Assembly: GCA_964057225.1 (NCBI GenBank) | Contig: OZ059895.1 | Location: forward strand, 9,548,001-9,612,000 | DNA length: 64,000 nt | Source: Auanema rhodensis | Taxonomy: Eukaryota > Animalia > Nematoda | Reading direction: 5' to 3' | Part shown: one piece after another, positions 55,850 to 64,000 of the stretch | Layout of the letters: every line of letters begins with the position of its first letter | How positions within the stretch are numbered: position 1 is the stretch's first letter | The notes under the pieces: model-generated | The model's input: only the letters and a program-made list of their open reading frames with translations | What the model was told of the DNA's origin: nothing | The model's database searches: none | Made by a program: the position numbers and the translations under genes

Positions 55850-55890
55850 AAGTGAGTTGACTGTGTGTGGTTGTTTTTTATTTTCCTTTA

Positions 55891-56355
55891 ATGGAACTTT
55901 TATGTAACAAGTATTGTGTTACGTGCAAGGAAATATTTTCATCAACCAAGCATTTTAGTGATCACGTATTGAAAAGACATGACGGGATTCAGCCCGTATG
56001 TAACAGTTATATCAGAAATGCTGACTTTATTCAAAAATATGGACATTTGGATGGTGTTCGTAGACGTTTGTGCCCTTATTGTAGTGAAACTTTTGGAACA
56101 AGATTCAATTGTCAGCGTCATATTCGGCGTCTTCATAATAGTAATGGAACGAATGGTAAAGATGGTGATGGAAATGATACCAGCGAACCCTCTGAAAAAA
56201 CTGAGGAGTTTGTACAGTCAACCGAACCAAAACGATGCCGCTGCAATAGTAACCGAGAATATTCACAACACGAGCCGCGCATCGAACAAAACGGCGCTGA
56301 ACTACCTTTTAAACCTTCGAAAATCGTAATGTGGTCTTGTATAACTGTTGAATAA
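55891..56355 (+). CDS. Two-finger C2H2 zinc-finger protein
   Basis: YCVTCKEIFSSTKHFSDHVLKRH and LCPYCSETFGTRFNCQRHIRRLH. The tail after finger 2 is not conserved with copy C. Confidence 0.8.
   Translation: MELLCNKYCVTCKEIFSSTKHFSDHVLKRHDGIQPVCNSYIRNADFIQKYGHLDGVRRRLCPYCSETFGTRFNCQRHIRRLHNSNGTNGKDGDGNDTSEPSEKTEEFVQSTEPKRCRCNSNREYSQHEPRIEQNGAELPFKPSKIVMWSCITVE
55979..56329 (+). CDS. Overlapping +1-frame ORF, putative two-helix membrane protein (start uncertain: 55979, 56039 or 56144)
   Basis: Open in both copies; B-versus-C substitutions fall mostly at third positions of this frame. Confidence 0.65.
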   Translation: MTGFSPYVTVISEMLTLFKNMDIWMVFVDVCALIVVKLLEQDSIVSVIFGVFIIVMERMVKMVMEMIPANPLKKLRSLYSQPNQNDAAAIVTENIHNTSRASNKTALNYLLNLRKS

Positions 56356-56360
56356 AACAT

Positions 56361-57188
56361 TTATTTCACATTTTTAACATGTAATGTAACAACTGTAGAA
56401 CCATAATTAAATCGCATAGAGCGACCAAATTTATCTAAAATTTCAATACTTATAGTATCGAGTGTTTGCTTAGTGATTGGTACATAACGAATAGGATTAA
56501 ATGTTTTGGCAATCATTTTACCAAATTGTGGGAAGTGGTACAGGTATACATGCAAGTAAATTAGCTTTCACATTACCGAGAATGGAATATTCTACAATAT
56601 CACAATATATATACATTGTATTAATGTTATAATGTTGTCGTTGATAATTTTATTCTCAAAGCCAAGAAAATATGCGAGAGCATCACCGAGTGTTGCATTC
56701 AATAATAGCCGCTTACTTGTTACAAACTCTATGCGTTGTAGTGTTTTGTTAAACCGAAACGTGGCGTCTGCCAGCATTTCCTTGACAAGTTTAGCCTCAG
56801 CTTGTCGATTATTATACTTTTTTTTCACATCTTCATCTTTATCTATCAAACCCTTCATATGTGCTTCTTCCTCAGCTCCAAGAGGTTTAGTGCTGCTAGC
56901 AATAAATTGTTCTTTTCCAGCATTGATTCCGCGTATTATTTCATCACCATTAGCATATTTACCTTTGGGTAAGTGCAGAATAAACTTTCTGTTGGAAAAA
57001 CGTAGTGTATAAGAAAGATTTTCTTGTACATTTAATATCGAGCACGAAAAAATTATGTCTGTCAGCCCAATGCAATATCTGTTATTGCGTAGCTTTAATG
57101 TTTCAGGTAACCTGGTAAGAAACACTGATGAGGTATTACTTTTTTCAGAGTCAACTGATGACGGCAAAGTAATGTAAAAATCATCCAT
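56361..57188 (-). pseudogene. Minor capsid (penton-like, PX) protein, frameshifted
   Basis: MDDFYITLPSS..NTSSVFLTRLP N-terminus and TLH C-terminus; small deletions near 56625 and 56530 relative to 58985-59839. Confidence 0.88.
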
Positions 57189-57191
57189 CAC

Positions 57192-57267
57192 AGACCACCA
57201 CCTGATGCGTGCACACTGGTATAAATGAAATCATTTGCATTATAGGTACATTTACGAGTGGTTGATT
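57192..57267. promoter_or_regulatory. Compact divergent mCP/ATPase intergenic region with GTGGTY-N4-ATG on both strands
   Basis: GTGGTTGATT-ATG (ATPase) and GTGGTCTGTG-ATG (mCP, minus strand); both retained in copy C (58906-58984). Confidence 0.5.
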
Positions 57268-57915
57268 ATGGTTTTCAGCTTCAAACTACCCAGTCAGACA
57301 ACTGTAATAGGGGCAACGCAGTGCGGTTAAACTACCCTTATAAAACGTATATGTGAAAATACTGTAAAGTTTTTCAACGTCCCCATTGATAGAATATTCT
57401 GGTTCAGTCAATGTGGAGCATCGTCAGGTGTTCCATTAAATGATGAGCGCTTAATAGTTATTCAAGGACCACCTAATCCCGATATAATAAAAGAGCAAAA
57501 GGGAGTAAACACCATACTAGTGCTGGATGATTTGATGAATTTTTTCTCTTCCAATAAAGCGGCTAAAGAATTACTCAACAACATTTTTACAGTGTGGGCA
57601 CATCACTGGAATTTGGCAGTGTTTAATCTTGTGCAAGCTGCATTTCAGCTAGACAGGACCAGTCGAATTAATAGTACATATATAATACTAATGAAAAGTC
57701 ATTCGGATATATTACAAATACGTAATTGTCTGCAACAATTATTTGGCCCCCGCTTTAAAAATGCTCTAGAAGCATATGATGATGCAATGTCTACACCCTA
57801 TAGTCATTTACTGATTGACAACCATCCTTTAACAAATGAGAAACAGCGTATACTATCAGATATAACAGCGGAGCACCCTATTGTTTATGTAGCCAGAAAT
57901 ATATTCAGTGTTTAA
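57268..57915 (+). pseudogene. A32/FtsK-like genome packaging ATPase with a stop at the Walker A Lys
   Basis: GATQCG*TT (TAA 57328-57330), Walker B LVLDDLM, FTVWAHHWNLAVFNLVQ, YSHLLID; otherwise open for 216 codons. Confidence 0.92.
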
Positions 57916-57927
57916 TGTGCATGTTCA

Positions 57928-58093
57928 ATGAGTGGTCGTATTTTGTCAAATTACAACTTTTTATCTTCTTGTGCCAAAACCCCTTGTTCTGTTTTCTCAT
58001 TTTCTTTTTCACAAATTGAAATTATTGTTGAAATTGTATTTAATATTGTGAAAAATAATAATTTTCTCTTAACTAACAAGGAATATAAAACCC
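57928..58093 (+). pseudogene. Small Maverick ORF downstream of ATPase, truncated at the B/C junction
   Basis: First 56 codons match 58464-58297, then homology breaks off. Confidence 0.75.
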
Positions 58094-58160
58094 AAAACTT
58101 GTCTATATTAATTGTTTCCTCGTTGACAGGAATTAATCGATATTCATGGTTGAGCTTCAT
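58094..58160 (-). pseudogene. First ~22 codons of the next Maverick gene (MKLNHEYRLIPV..), cut at the junction
   Basis: ATG overlaps the end of the 106-aa ORF; the sequence switches to antisense copy B at 58093. Confidence 0.45.
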
Positions 58161-58464
58161 GATTTAAAACCAGAATAAGCAATTTACATGAAACTATTGT
58201 TTTCAATTGTTTGTGTGAAATCGTTGCCAATAAAGTTTCAGCCTTTTCGGGTGTGCGTATCAAAGCTATTTGACGTAATAATGAGAATATGGGCAAAAGG
58301 GTTTTATATTCCTTGTTAGTTAAGAGAAAATTATTATTTTTCACAATATTAAATACAATTTCTACAATAAATTCAATTTGTGAAAAAGAAAATGAGGAAA
58401 CAGAACAAGGGGTTTTGGCACAAGAAGATAAAAAGTTGTAATTTGACAAAATACGACCACTCAT
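58144..58464 (-). CDS. Small Maverick ORF (106 aa), function unknown
   Basis: Intact ORF with EIVFNIVKNNNFLLT..LLRQIA, resembling a small gene commonly following the ATPase in Mavericks (from memory, not searched). Confidence 0.65.
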   Translation of the reverse strand: MSGRILSNYNFLSSCAKTPCSVSSFSFSQIEFIVEIVFNIVKNNNFLLTNKEYKTLLPIFSLLRQIALIRTPEKAETLLATISHKQLKTIVSCKLLILVLNHEAQP

Positions 58465-58476
58465 TGAACGTGCACA

Positions 58477-58905
58477 TTAAACACTGAATATATTTCTGGC
58501 TACATAAACAATAGGGTGCTCCGCTGTTATATCTGATAGTATACGCTGTTTTTCATTTGTTAAAAGATGGTTGTCAATCAGTAAATGACTATAGGGTGTA
58601 GACATTGCATCATCATATGCTTCTAGAGCATTTTTAAAGCGGGGGCCAAATAATTGTTGCAGACAATTACGTATTTGTAATATATCCGAATGACTTTTCA
58701 TCAGTATTATATATGTACTTAAACGCTCATCATTTATTGGTACACCTGACGATGACCCACATTGACTGAACCAGAATATTCTATCAATGGGGACGTTGAA
58801 AAACTTTTCAGTATTTTCACATATGTGCTTTATGAGGGTTGTTTAACCGCATTGGGTAGCACCTATTACAGTTGTCTGACTGGGTAATTTGAAGCTGAAA
58901 ACCAT
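58477..58905 (-). pseudogene. Packaging ATPase, copy C: Walker A stop plus ~220 bp internal deletion
   Basis: ATG 58905, TAA 58845-58843. The junction at ~58720 joins DER to STYIILMK and removes Walker B. Confidence 0.9.
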
Positions 58906-58984
58906 AATCAACCACTCGTAAATGTACCTAAAATGCAAATGATTTCATTTGCAATAGTGTACACGTATCAAGTGGTGGTTTGTC

Positions 58985-59839
58985 ATGGATGATTTTTACA
59001 TTACTCTTCCATCATCAGTTGACTCTGAAAAAAGTAATACATCATCAGTGTTTCTTACCAGATTACCTGAAACACTAAGGCTACGCAATAATAGATATTA
59101 CATTGGGCTGACAGACATAATTTTTCCGTGTTCTATATTAAATGTTCAAAAAGATTTATCTTATACACTACGTTTTAACAGAAAGTTTATTCTGCACTTG
59201 CCCAAAGGTAACTATGCAAATGGTGATGAAATAATACGCGGAATCAATGCTGGAAGAGAATCATTTATCGCCAACAATACAAAGCCTCTTGGAGCTGAGG
59301 AAGAAGCACGTATAAAGGGTTTAAAAGATAAAGATGAAGATGTAAAAAAGTGGTATAAAAATTGCCAGGCTGAAGCTAAGCTAGTGGAGGAAATGCTCGC
59401 AGACGCCACATTTCAGTTTAACAAAAAATTGCAGCGCATAGAGTTTGTAACAAGCAAGCGACAATTAATGAATGCAACACTTGGTGATGATTTTGCATAT
59501 TTTCTTGGTTTTGAAAATAAAAACATTAACGATACAATAATAGCCAGGCGTCCCATTGATTTTTCAAATAACATTAATACAATGTATATATATTGTGATA
59601 TTGTAGAATATTCCATTCTTGGTAATGTGAAAGCTAATTTACTTGCATGTATACCTGTACCACTTCCCACTGAATTTGGTAAAATGATTGCCAAAACATT
59701 TAATCCTATTCGTTATGTACCAATCACTAAGCAAGCACTCGATACTATAAGTATTGAAATTTTAGATAAATTTGGTCGCTCTATGCAATTTAATTATGGT
59801 TCTACAATTGTTACATTACATGTTAAAAATATGAAATAA
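58985..59839 (+). CDS. Minor capsid (penton-like, PX) protein, intact 284 aa
   Basis: FYITLPS..N..F.TRLP..IGL.DI N-terminus; MYIYCDIVEYSILG..LL..P.YVP..ISIEILD..G..TLH C-terminus typical of Polinton PX. Confidence 0.9.
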   Translation: MDDFYITLPSSVDSEKSNTSSVFLTRLPETLRLRNNRYYIGLTDIIFPCSILNVQKDLSYTLRFNRKFILHLPKGNYANGDEIIRGINAGRESFIANNTKPLGAEEEARIKGLKDKDEDVKKWYKNCQAEAKLVEEMLADATFQFNKKLQRIEFVTSKRQLMNATLGDDFAYFLGFENKNINDTIIARRPIDFSNNINTMYIYCDIVEYSILGNVKANLLACIPVPLPTEFGKMIAKTFNPIRYVPITKQALDTISIEILDKFGRSMQFNYGSTIVTLHVKNMK

Positions 59840-59849
59840 ACGTTTTATT
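59835..59849. terminator. Candidate bidirectional poly(A) signal between convergent genes
   Basis: AATAAACGTTTTATT gives AATAAA on both strands; the same arrangement is at 56351-56365. Confidence 0.45.
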
Positions 59850-59873
59850 CAACAGTTATACAATACCACATTT

Positions 59874-60212
59874 TTATTTTCGAAGATAGTTTAGGGCAGT
59901 TTTGTTTGTCGCTCGGCTCGTGTTGTAAATGTTCTCCGTCACTATTGCTGCGGCATCTTTTTGATTGGGTTTAATGTACAAACTCCTCAGCTTTTTCAAA
60001 GGGTTTGCTGGTATCATTTCTATCACCATCTTCACCATTCGTTCCATTATTATTATGAATACGCCGAATATGACGCTCACAATTGAATCTTGTTTCAAAA
60101 GTTTCACTACAATGAGGGCACAAACGTCTACGAACACCATCCAAATGTCCATATTTTTCAATAAAGTCAGCATTGCTGATATAATTGTTACATACGGGTT
60201 GAATCCCTGCAT
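59874..60212 (-). CDS. Overlapping +1-frame putative membrane protein, copy C
   Basis: 112-aa ORF homologous to 55979-56329. Confidence 0.65.
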   Translation of the reverse strand: MQGFNPYVTIISAMLTLLKNMDIWMVFVDVCALIVVKLLKQDSIVSVIFGVFIIIMERMVKMVIEMIPANPLKKLRSLYIKPNQKDAAAIVTENIYNTSRATNKTALNYLRK

Positions 60213-60300
60213 GCCTTTTCAAAACGTGATCACTAAAATGCTTGGTTGAAGAAAATATTTCCTTGCGTGTACCACAATATTTGTTACATAAAAGTTTCAT
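59971..60300 (-). CDS. C2H2 zinc-finger protein, copy C (finger 1 Cys>Arg)
   Basis: YCGTRKEIF..H..RH and CPHC..F..RHIRRIH. Confidence 0.7.
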   Translation of the reverse strand: MKLLCNKYCGTRKEIFSSTKHFSDHVLKRHAGIQPVCNNYISNADFIEKYGHLDGVRRRLCPHCSETFETRFNCERHIRRIHNNNGTNGEDGDRNDTSKPFEKAEEFVH

Positions 60301-60340
60301 TAGAGAAAATGAAAAACGACCACACGCAATCAACCCACTT

Positions 60341-60511
60341 TTATATAATGAGCAATAATATGACTAGTGTTGTACAAAAGCCCAATCCCAATGCTATACC
60401 TTTAATAAATGGCACTGAAATACATTTCAACATTCTCCTGTATAAAAGCGCTGGTTTAGATTGCTCCAACGTGTATTTGACACATAATTCACAGTGACAA
60501 GGAATATTCAT
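60341..60511 (-). CDS. 56-aa CxCxxC/hydrophobic-tail microprotein, copy C
   Basis: MNIPCHCELC...FIKGIALGLGFCTTLVILLLII*. Confidence 0.7.
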   Translation of the reverse strand: MNIPCHCELCVKYTLEQSKPALLYRRMLKCISVPFIKGIALGLGFCTTLVILLLII

Positions 60512-60548
60512 AACTGACCACGTTAGCAGGTTATTAATGACAAATTTC

Positions 60549-61004
60549 TTATATAGTAGCCAATTTATAGTCGAATACTTTATGCATAAACGCTTTAATA
60601 AAGACGTCATCATTTTTGAATAGTTTAAAAAATGAACAAATGCTTACAAATGAATTACCAGCCGACAACATTAGTATTACAAATACTACATAGCCACCAC
60701 AAGTGTATTCAATTATACTTTGTGGTTTGCAAGTATTAATTTTTACCTTTTTATATTTGGCCAGATAATTTTGAATGTACTTGTTCATTTTATATCCCAA
60801 GCTACAGAAAAAATAGGTTTGCTTGTTACGGACAAAGATGACCTGCCAATGTGTGCCTGGCTTGTCATGTGTGTCAGTATTTACGACAAGTGCAAAGTTT
60901 TTACGACGCGTTTTGGGTAGAGTATCAGCGCTATATACACCGAGGAATAGTTTCCAAGTGCTGGGGACAGATCGCAATAGTGACGCTATGTCAGAGGAAT
61001 ACAT
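60549..61004 (-). CDS. Adenain-family (clan CE) maturation protease, intact 151 aa
   Basis: FLGVYSAD, VVNTD..PGTHW, PQS..TCGGY, ND motifs. Confidence 0.92.
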   Translation of the reverse strand: MYSSDIASLLRSVPSTWKLFLGVYSADTLPKTRRKNFALVVNTDTHDKPGTHWQVIFVRNKQTYFFCSLGYKMNKYIQNYLAKYKKVKINTCKPQSIIEYTCGGYVVFVILMLSAGNSFVSICSFFKLFKNDDVFIKAFMHKVFDYKLATI

Positions 61005-61054
61005 TTAGTAAAATGATCTAGTGTAACTTTTGTATTGCGCGCGTGCGGTTCAAT

Positions 61055-61507
61055 ATGCCACACCTCCTTCTAGACTTGAACTCAATTCAATGGACAACAC
61101 TTTTGAATCAACAAATGGGTGGCGCCCCATTTAGCGGAATGAGGTTTCAATGTGGAATGCAGAGGGGTCATTGTTTGGGTGGTATTTTGGCAACTTTGGC
61201 ATCATTTCTACCACGCATCATTCAATCACCTATAGCCCAAAATCTCATCAATGCCGAAAAAAACGCCTTATCCAGTGTTGTAAGCAATAGTCCAGTTGTA
61301 AATTCACCTCTTGGCGGACAATTGCTGAAAACTGGTAATAAAATTGTAGATGGGGTGCTGAAAGGCGATAATATCAAGGGAACTCTTAAAACAGCCAGCC
61401 GGCAAGCTATACGAGATCTTAGCGGCTTGAGCAAACGGCGACGACGCAAAACCACAAAACCTCATAAGCGGTTGTGTATCACTCGTGAGCGGTCGTTTCA
61501 CATTTAA
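61055..61507 (+). CDS. Basic core-like virion protein with protease-site-like Gly motifs and an amphipathic segment
   Basis: QQMGGA, FSGMRFQ, QRGHCLGGILATLASFLPRII and an Arg/Lys-rich C-terminus (KRRRRKTTKPHKR). Its stop abuts the MCP start (TAAATG). Confidence 0.7.
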   Translation: MPHLLLDLNSIQWTTLLNQQMGGAPFSGMRFQCGMQRGHCLGGILATLASFLPRIIQSPIAQNLINAEKNALSSVVSNSPVVNSPLGGQLLKTGNKIVDGVLKGDNIKGTLKTASRQAIRDLSGLSKRRRRKTTKPHKRLCITRERSFHI

Positions 61508-62802
61508 ATGGCTAAATTGATAGATTCAAAATCAGCACAAGCCCTTTTACCTAATATTAACTATGGTGATATACCAGCGTCGGCATTAGGTGTAGAGTCT
61601 ACTCGTACTGTAGATGTTCCTTTGAAAAATACTTTTCTTTCTCAAGGACCATGGGAATTTGTTATAGCTCAAAATTCCAAATCATTCCTCAATCTGAGAA
61701 GATGTTGGTTCAATGTAAAATTTTAAATTTTAACCACAAACGGTGATCCAGTACCAGACAACCTTGTTTTTGCACCATGTCAACAATTTGCTGCCAGTTT
61801 AATACATTCGTATCATTTGAAAATTGGTGATGTTAGTGTGTATGACTCTACCGTGAATCATGCCTATAAAACATATATCGAGAATATTTTAATGTATAGC
61901 AACGATGTTAAAGAGAGCAAACTTGCCATATCAGGCTATTATGCGGATAGATATATAGATAATGCATCCAGTCCTGGATTTAAAACGCGTCAAGCGCTTA
62001 TAAAAAATGGCGTATGTTTGTGTTGTTGTTTGTGAACTATTCAAAAATGGAGCTAACTGCATATCCAAACCGTGATAACTTTTTAATTGACACTCTAGGC
62101 TGGAATAATGAAAACAAGGATACTACATTAAAGGAGGAGTTTCCAAATTTGAAAGTAGATATCAGCGATGTACATTTGCTCATTCAAGAGTTTGATCTAT
62201 ACGCTGGATTAGCTATGGCTATAGAAGATAAACTCGCAAAGGATCGAATACACTACCCCATGACATCAGTGAAAATGCGCTCTTATTTTATAGAAGGAGG
62301 CCGTTTGGATTCACCCAATAATATATTATTCACGTCGCATACACCGAAGCGTGTTGTAGTAGGTCTTGTCGGCGCACACGCTTATAATGGTACTTTTAAA
62401 CATTCGCCATTCAACTTTAAACCGTTTGATTTGAAAAATATATACTTGACGCTCAACAATAGGGTAATACCTACGCGCCCTTATAATTTAGAATGGCGAT
62501 CTTCCTATGCCACAGCATATATTGACATGTTGGAAGGTTTGGGACTTGGTCGTACAGATTCATCCAATGGTATCACACCAGCAATGTATAAAGCTGGTTT
62601 CACATTTTTTGTATTTGATTTTTCTCCTACTGTGCATTCGTCAGAGTTATTTGATGTTATACGACAAGGTAATGTAGCCTTGAAATTGGAATTTGGTCAA
62701 CAAACGCCGCAAGAGGGCTTATATGCAATTGTTTATGCAGAGTTTGACTCTATTCTTTCCATTGACAACAATCGTGCTCCATATATTGATACCAGTTTGT
62801 GA
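61508..62802 (+). pseudogene. Major capsid protein (PY-type), near full length, disrupted
   Basis: GPWEF, HAYKTYIENIL, PKRVVVGLV, PFNFKPF, IVYAEFD motifs; TAA at 61724-61726 and a frameshifting deletion near 62020. Confidence 0.92.
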
Positions 62803-62931
62803 TGTATGTAATAAAATTCTTTAAAAGATGAGAAGAATAAAATTTAATAATACAACTATTTTTAAAAATAAATACATAAATACAAATATATACACTATAA
62901 TAAAAATATATAAATTCAAATATATTAAAAC

Positions 62932-64000
62932 TTATTCACAATAACCGTAGGGTAAAGTACTATAATCTTGTAGATAACAAAGTTTATCCATTACAACTTT
63001 AGTACTTTTTGTCATATCCATTGTGGATATTTCACCGAGTTGCTTCTTTAACAAGGTTGTATTGGTTTTTAAAACCAATTTCTCTCCATCCATAAGTCCA
63101 CGAACCAGTCGCTCCAAATTTTCAAAGTTTACTACTGATGCTGCCGTGTGGTCCAACGTCTGAAAATTATAAAATTATTTGAAAAGTCAAAGCTCGTACT
63201 TACCACTCCCTCTGCCTTTGTTACATACTTTACATCACCAGCTGCATTTACAAGTTTATACCTATAAACCTTTGCCGCTGGTGACACAAACTTGGTCATT
63301 GACTTTTTTTTGACCTTTTGAACCCGGTGAGTTCCCTTGCAGGATCAGTAATGATCCTACCAATTTATGGGTCCTCAACACCAATAATCTTGGTTTGGGC
63401 TTTATCTGGTCTTTGACCCATTTTACCCCAGGCACAATACGCAAATTTGTAATGTATTGTTTTAAAAAAGTTACAAACCTATTTAGCTGCAGTTTGGCAA
63501 TGTTACGCATGGCAGCATTCTTTTCAATTTTATTGCTCTCCAGAGCAACACCAGTGTTCTCCTCGTGTTCTTGGAGATATATCACCTGTAAAATTCTATT
63601 TAATGTGATACTTTTATTAAAACATACCTCTTCTTCCTCTGTCATGTTTGGCTTTGGCCAGCCCGATGCCTCTTGTTTAATTTTTATGTACTTTTGTACA
63701 AATTCTTTAAACAGGCCGCCTTGTTGCCATTCTTCCCAGTGCCACACCTCATGTACATGAAGCACTTTATAGCCACGTTGTATGGCACACTCAAGCTCAA
63801 CATGTGTCACAGTTAGATGCAGCTTTCTAGCATTTACATCATTTTGATGCTCACATGTTATATTTTTACGTTTGACTGCACAAGTGCGGCAGCTTATAAA
63901 AATTGATTTACCGCCGATACGTGCGCCTAATACAGGGTACAGCAAATTTGTGGGTGCAAGCACGTCACATTTCACTAGGCCCTTATATAGGCAGCATGTC
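62932..64000 (-). pseudogene. pPolB C-terminal part, copy C
   Basis: KQEASGWP, KLQLN|SAWGK, KVY, intron 63203-63160, TLPYGY C-terminus. The YxDTDS region is deleted (~63315), one acceptor is AG>TG, and there is an internal TAA. Confidence 0.92.

Larger units (their letters stand above)
50174..58093 (+). mobile_element. Maverick/Polinton copy B (internally deleted, non-autonomous)
   Basis: Gene order pPolB(+), MCP(-), PRO(+), small ORFs(+), mCP(-), ATPase(+); colinear with copy C in the opposite orientation. Confidence 0.93.
58094..64000 (-). mobile_element. Maverick/Polinton copy C (inverted relative to B; continues beyond the right edge)
   Basis: Mirror gene order: small ORF, ATPase, mCP, ZnF, microprotein, PRO, core-like protein, MCP, pPolB. 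Confidence 0.93.

Noticed and set aside
52829-61726. Stop-codon reassignment (TAR = Lys)
   Set aside because: TAA terminates mCP, ATPase, the core-like gene and pPolB normally, another TAA replaces Glu, and the copies carry many other disabling lesions.
51672-63760. Numerous antisense or alternate-frame ORFs (e.g. 51672-51980, 54194-54451, 56632-57012, 59413-59694, 63395-63760)
   Set aside because: They shadow recognisable Maverick genes and show no motifs of their own.
48000-64000. Retroviral-type integrase, fusogen or toxin cargo of nematode Mavericks
   Set aside because: No DDE integrase, glycoprotein or cargo ORF is recognisable in this window.

Overview
Eukaryotic DNA, most likely nematode (43-48 nt introns, TTTCAG/TTTTAG acceptors). 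Bases 1 to ~47,740 are a homogeneous AT-rich tandem satellite with a 167-168 bp monomer (roughly 285 copies), variant domains and higher-order duplications. The last ~16 kb is a cluster of three decayed Maverick/Polinton copies in alternating orientation. Copy A (minus) is only the 5' exons of pPolB, running into the satellite. Copy B (plus, ~50.2-58.1 kb) and copy C (minus, 58.1-64 kb) are joined tail-to-tail. They encode an intron-containing protein-primed DNA polymerase B (vOTU-like, exonuclease, Vsr-like and Pol motifs), major and minor capsid proteins, adenain protease, packaging ATPase, a basic core-like protein and small ORFs. No integrase or terminal repeat is visible. Main finding: the satellite monomer occurs as ~4 copies inside intron 4 of the copy B pPolB gene, and the >47 kb array sits at the homologous intron position of copy A. 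The array therefore appears to be a viral/transposon intron minisatellite that expanded ~70-fold. Other notable items are a dual-coded C2H2/membrane-protein region, the same stop at the Walker A lysine in two synonymously diverged ATPase copies, a palindromic 34-bp repeat cluster, and a shared GYGGTY-N4-ATG motif. All alignments and counts were done by eye.
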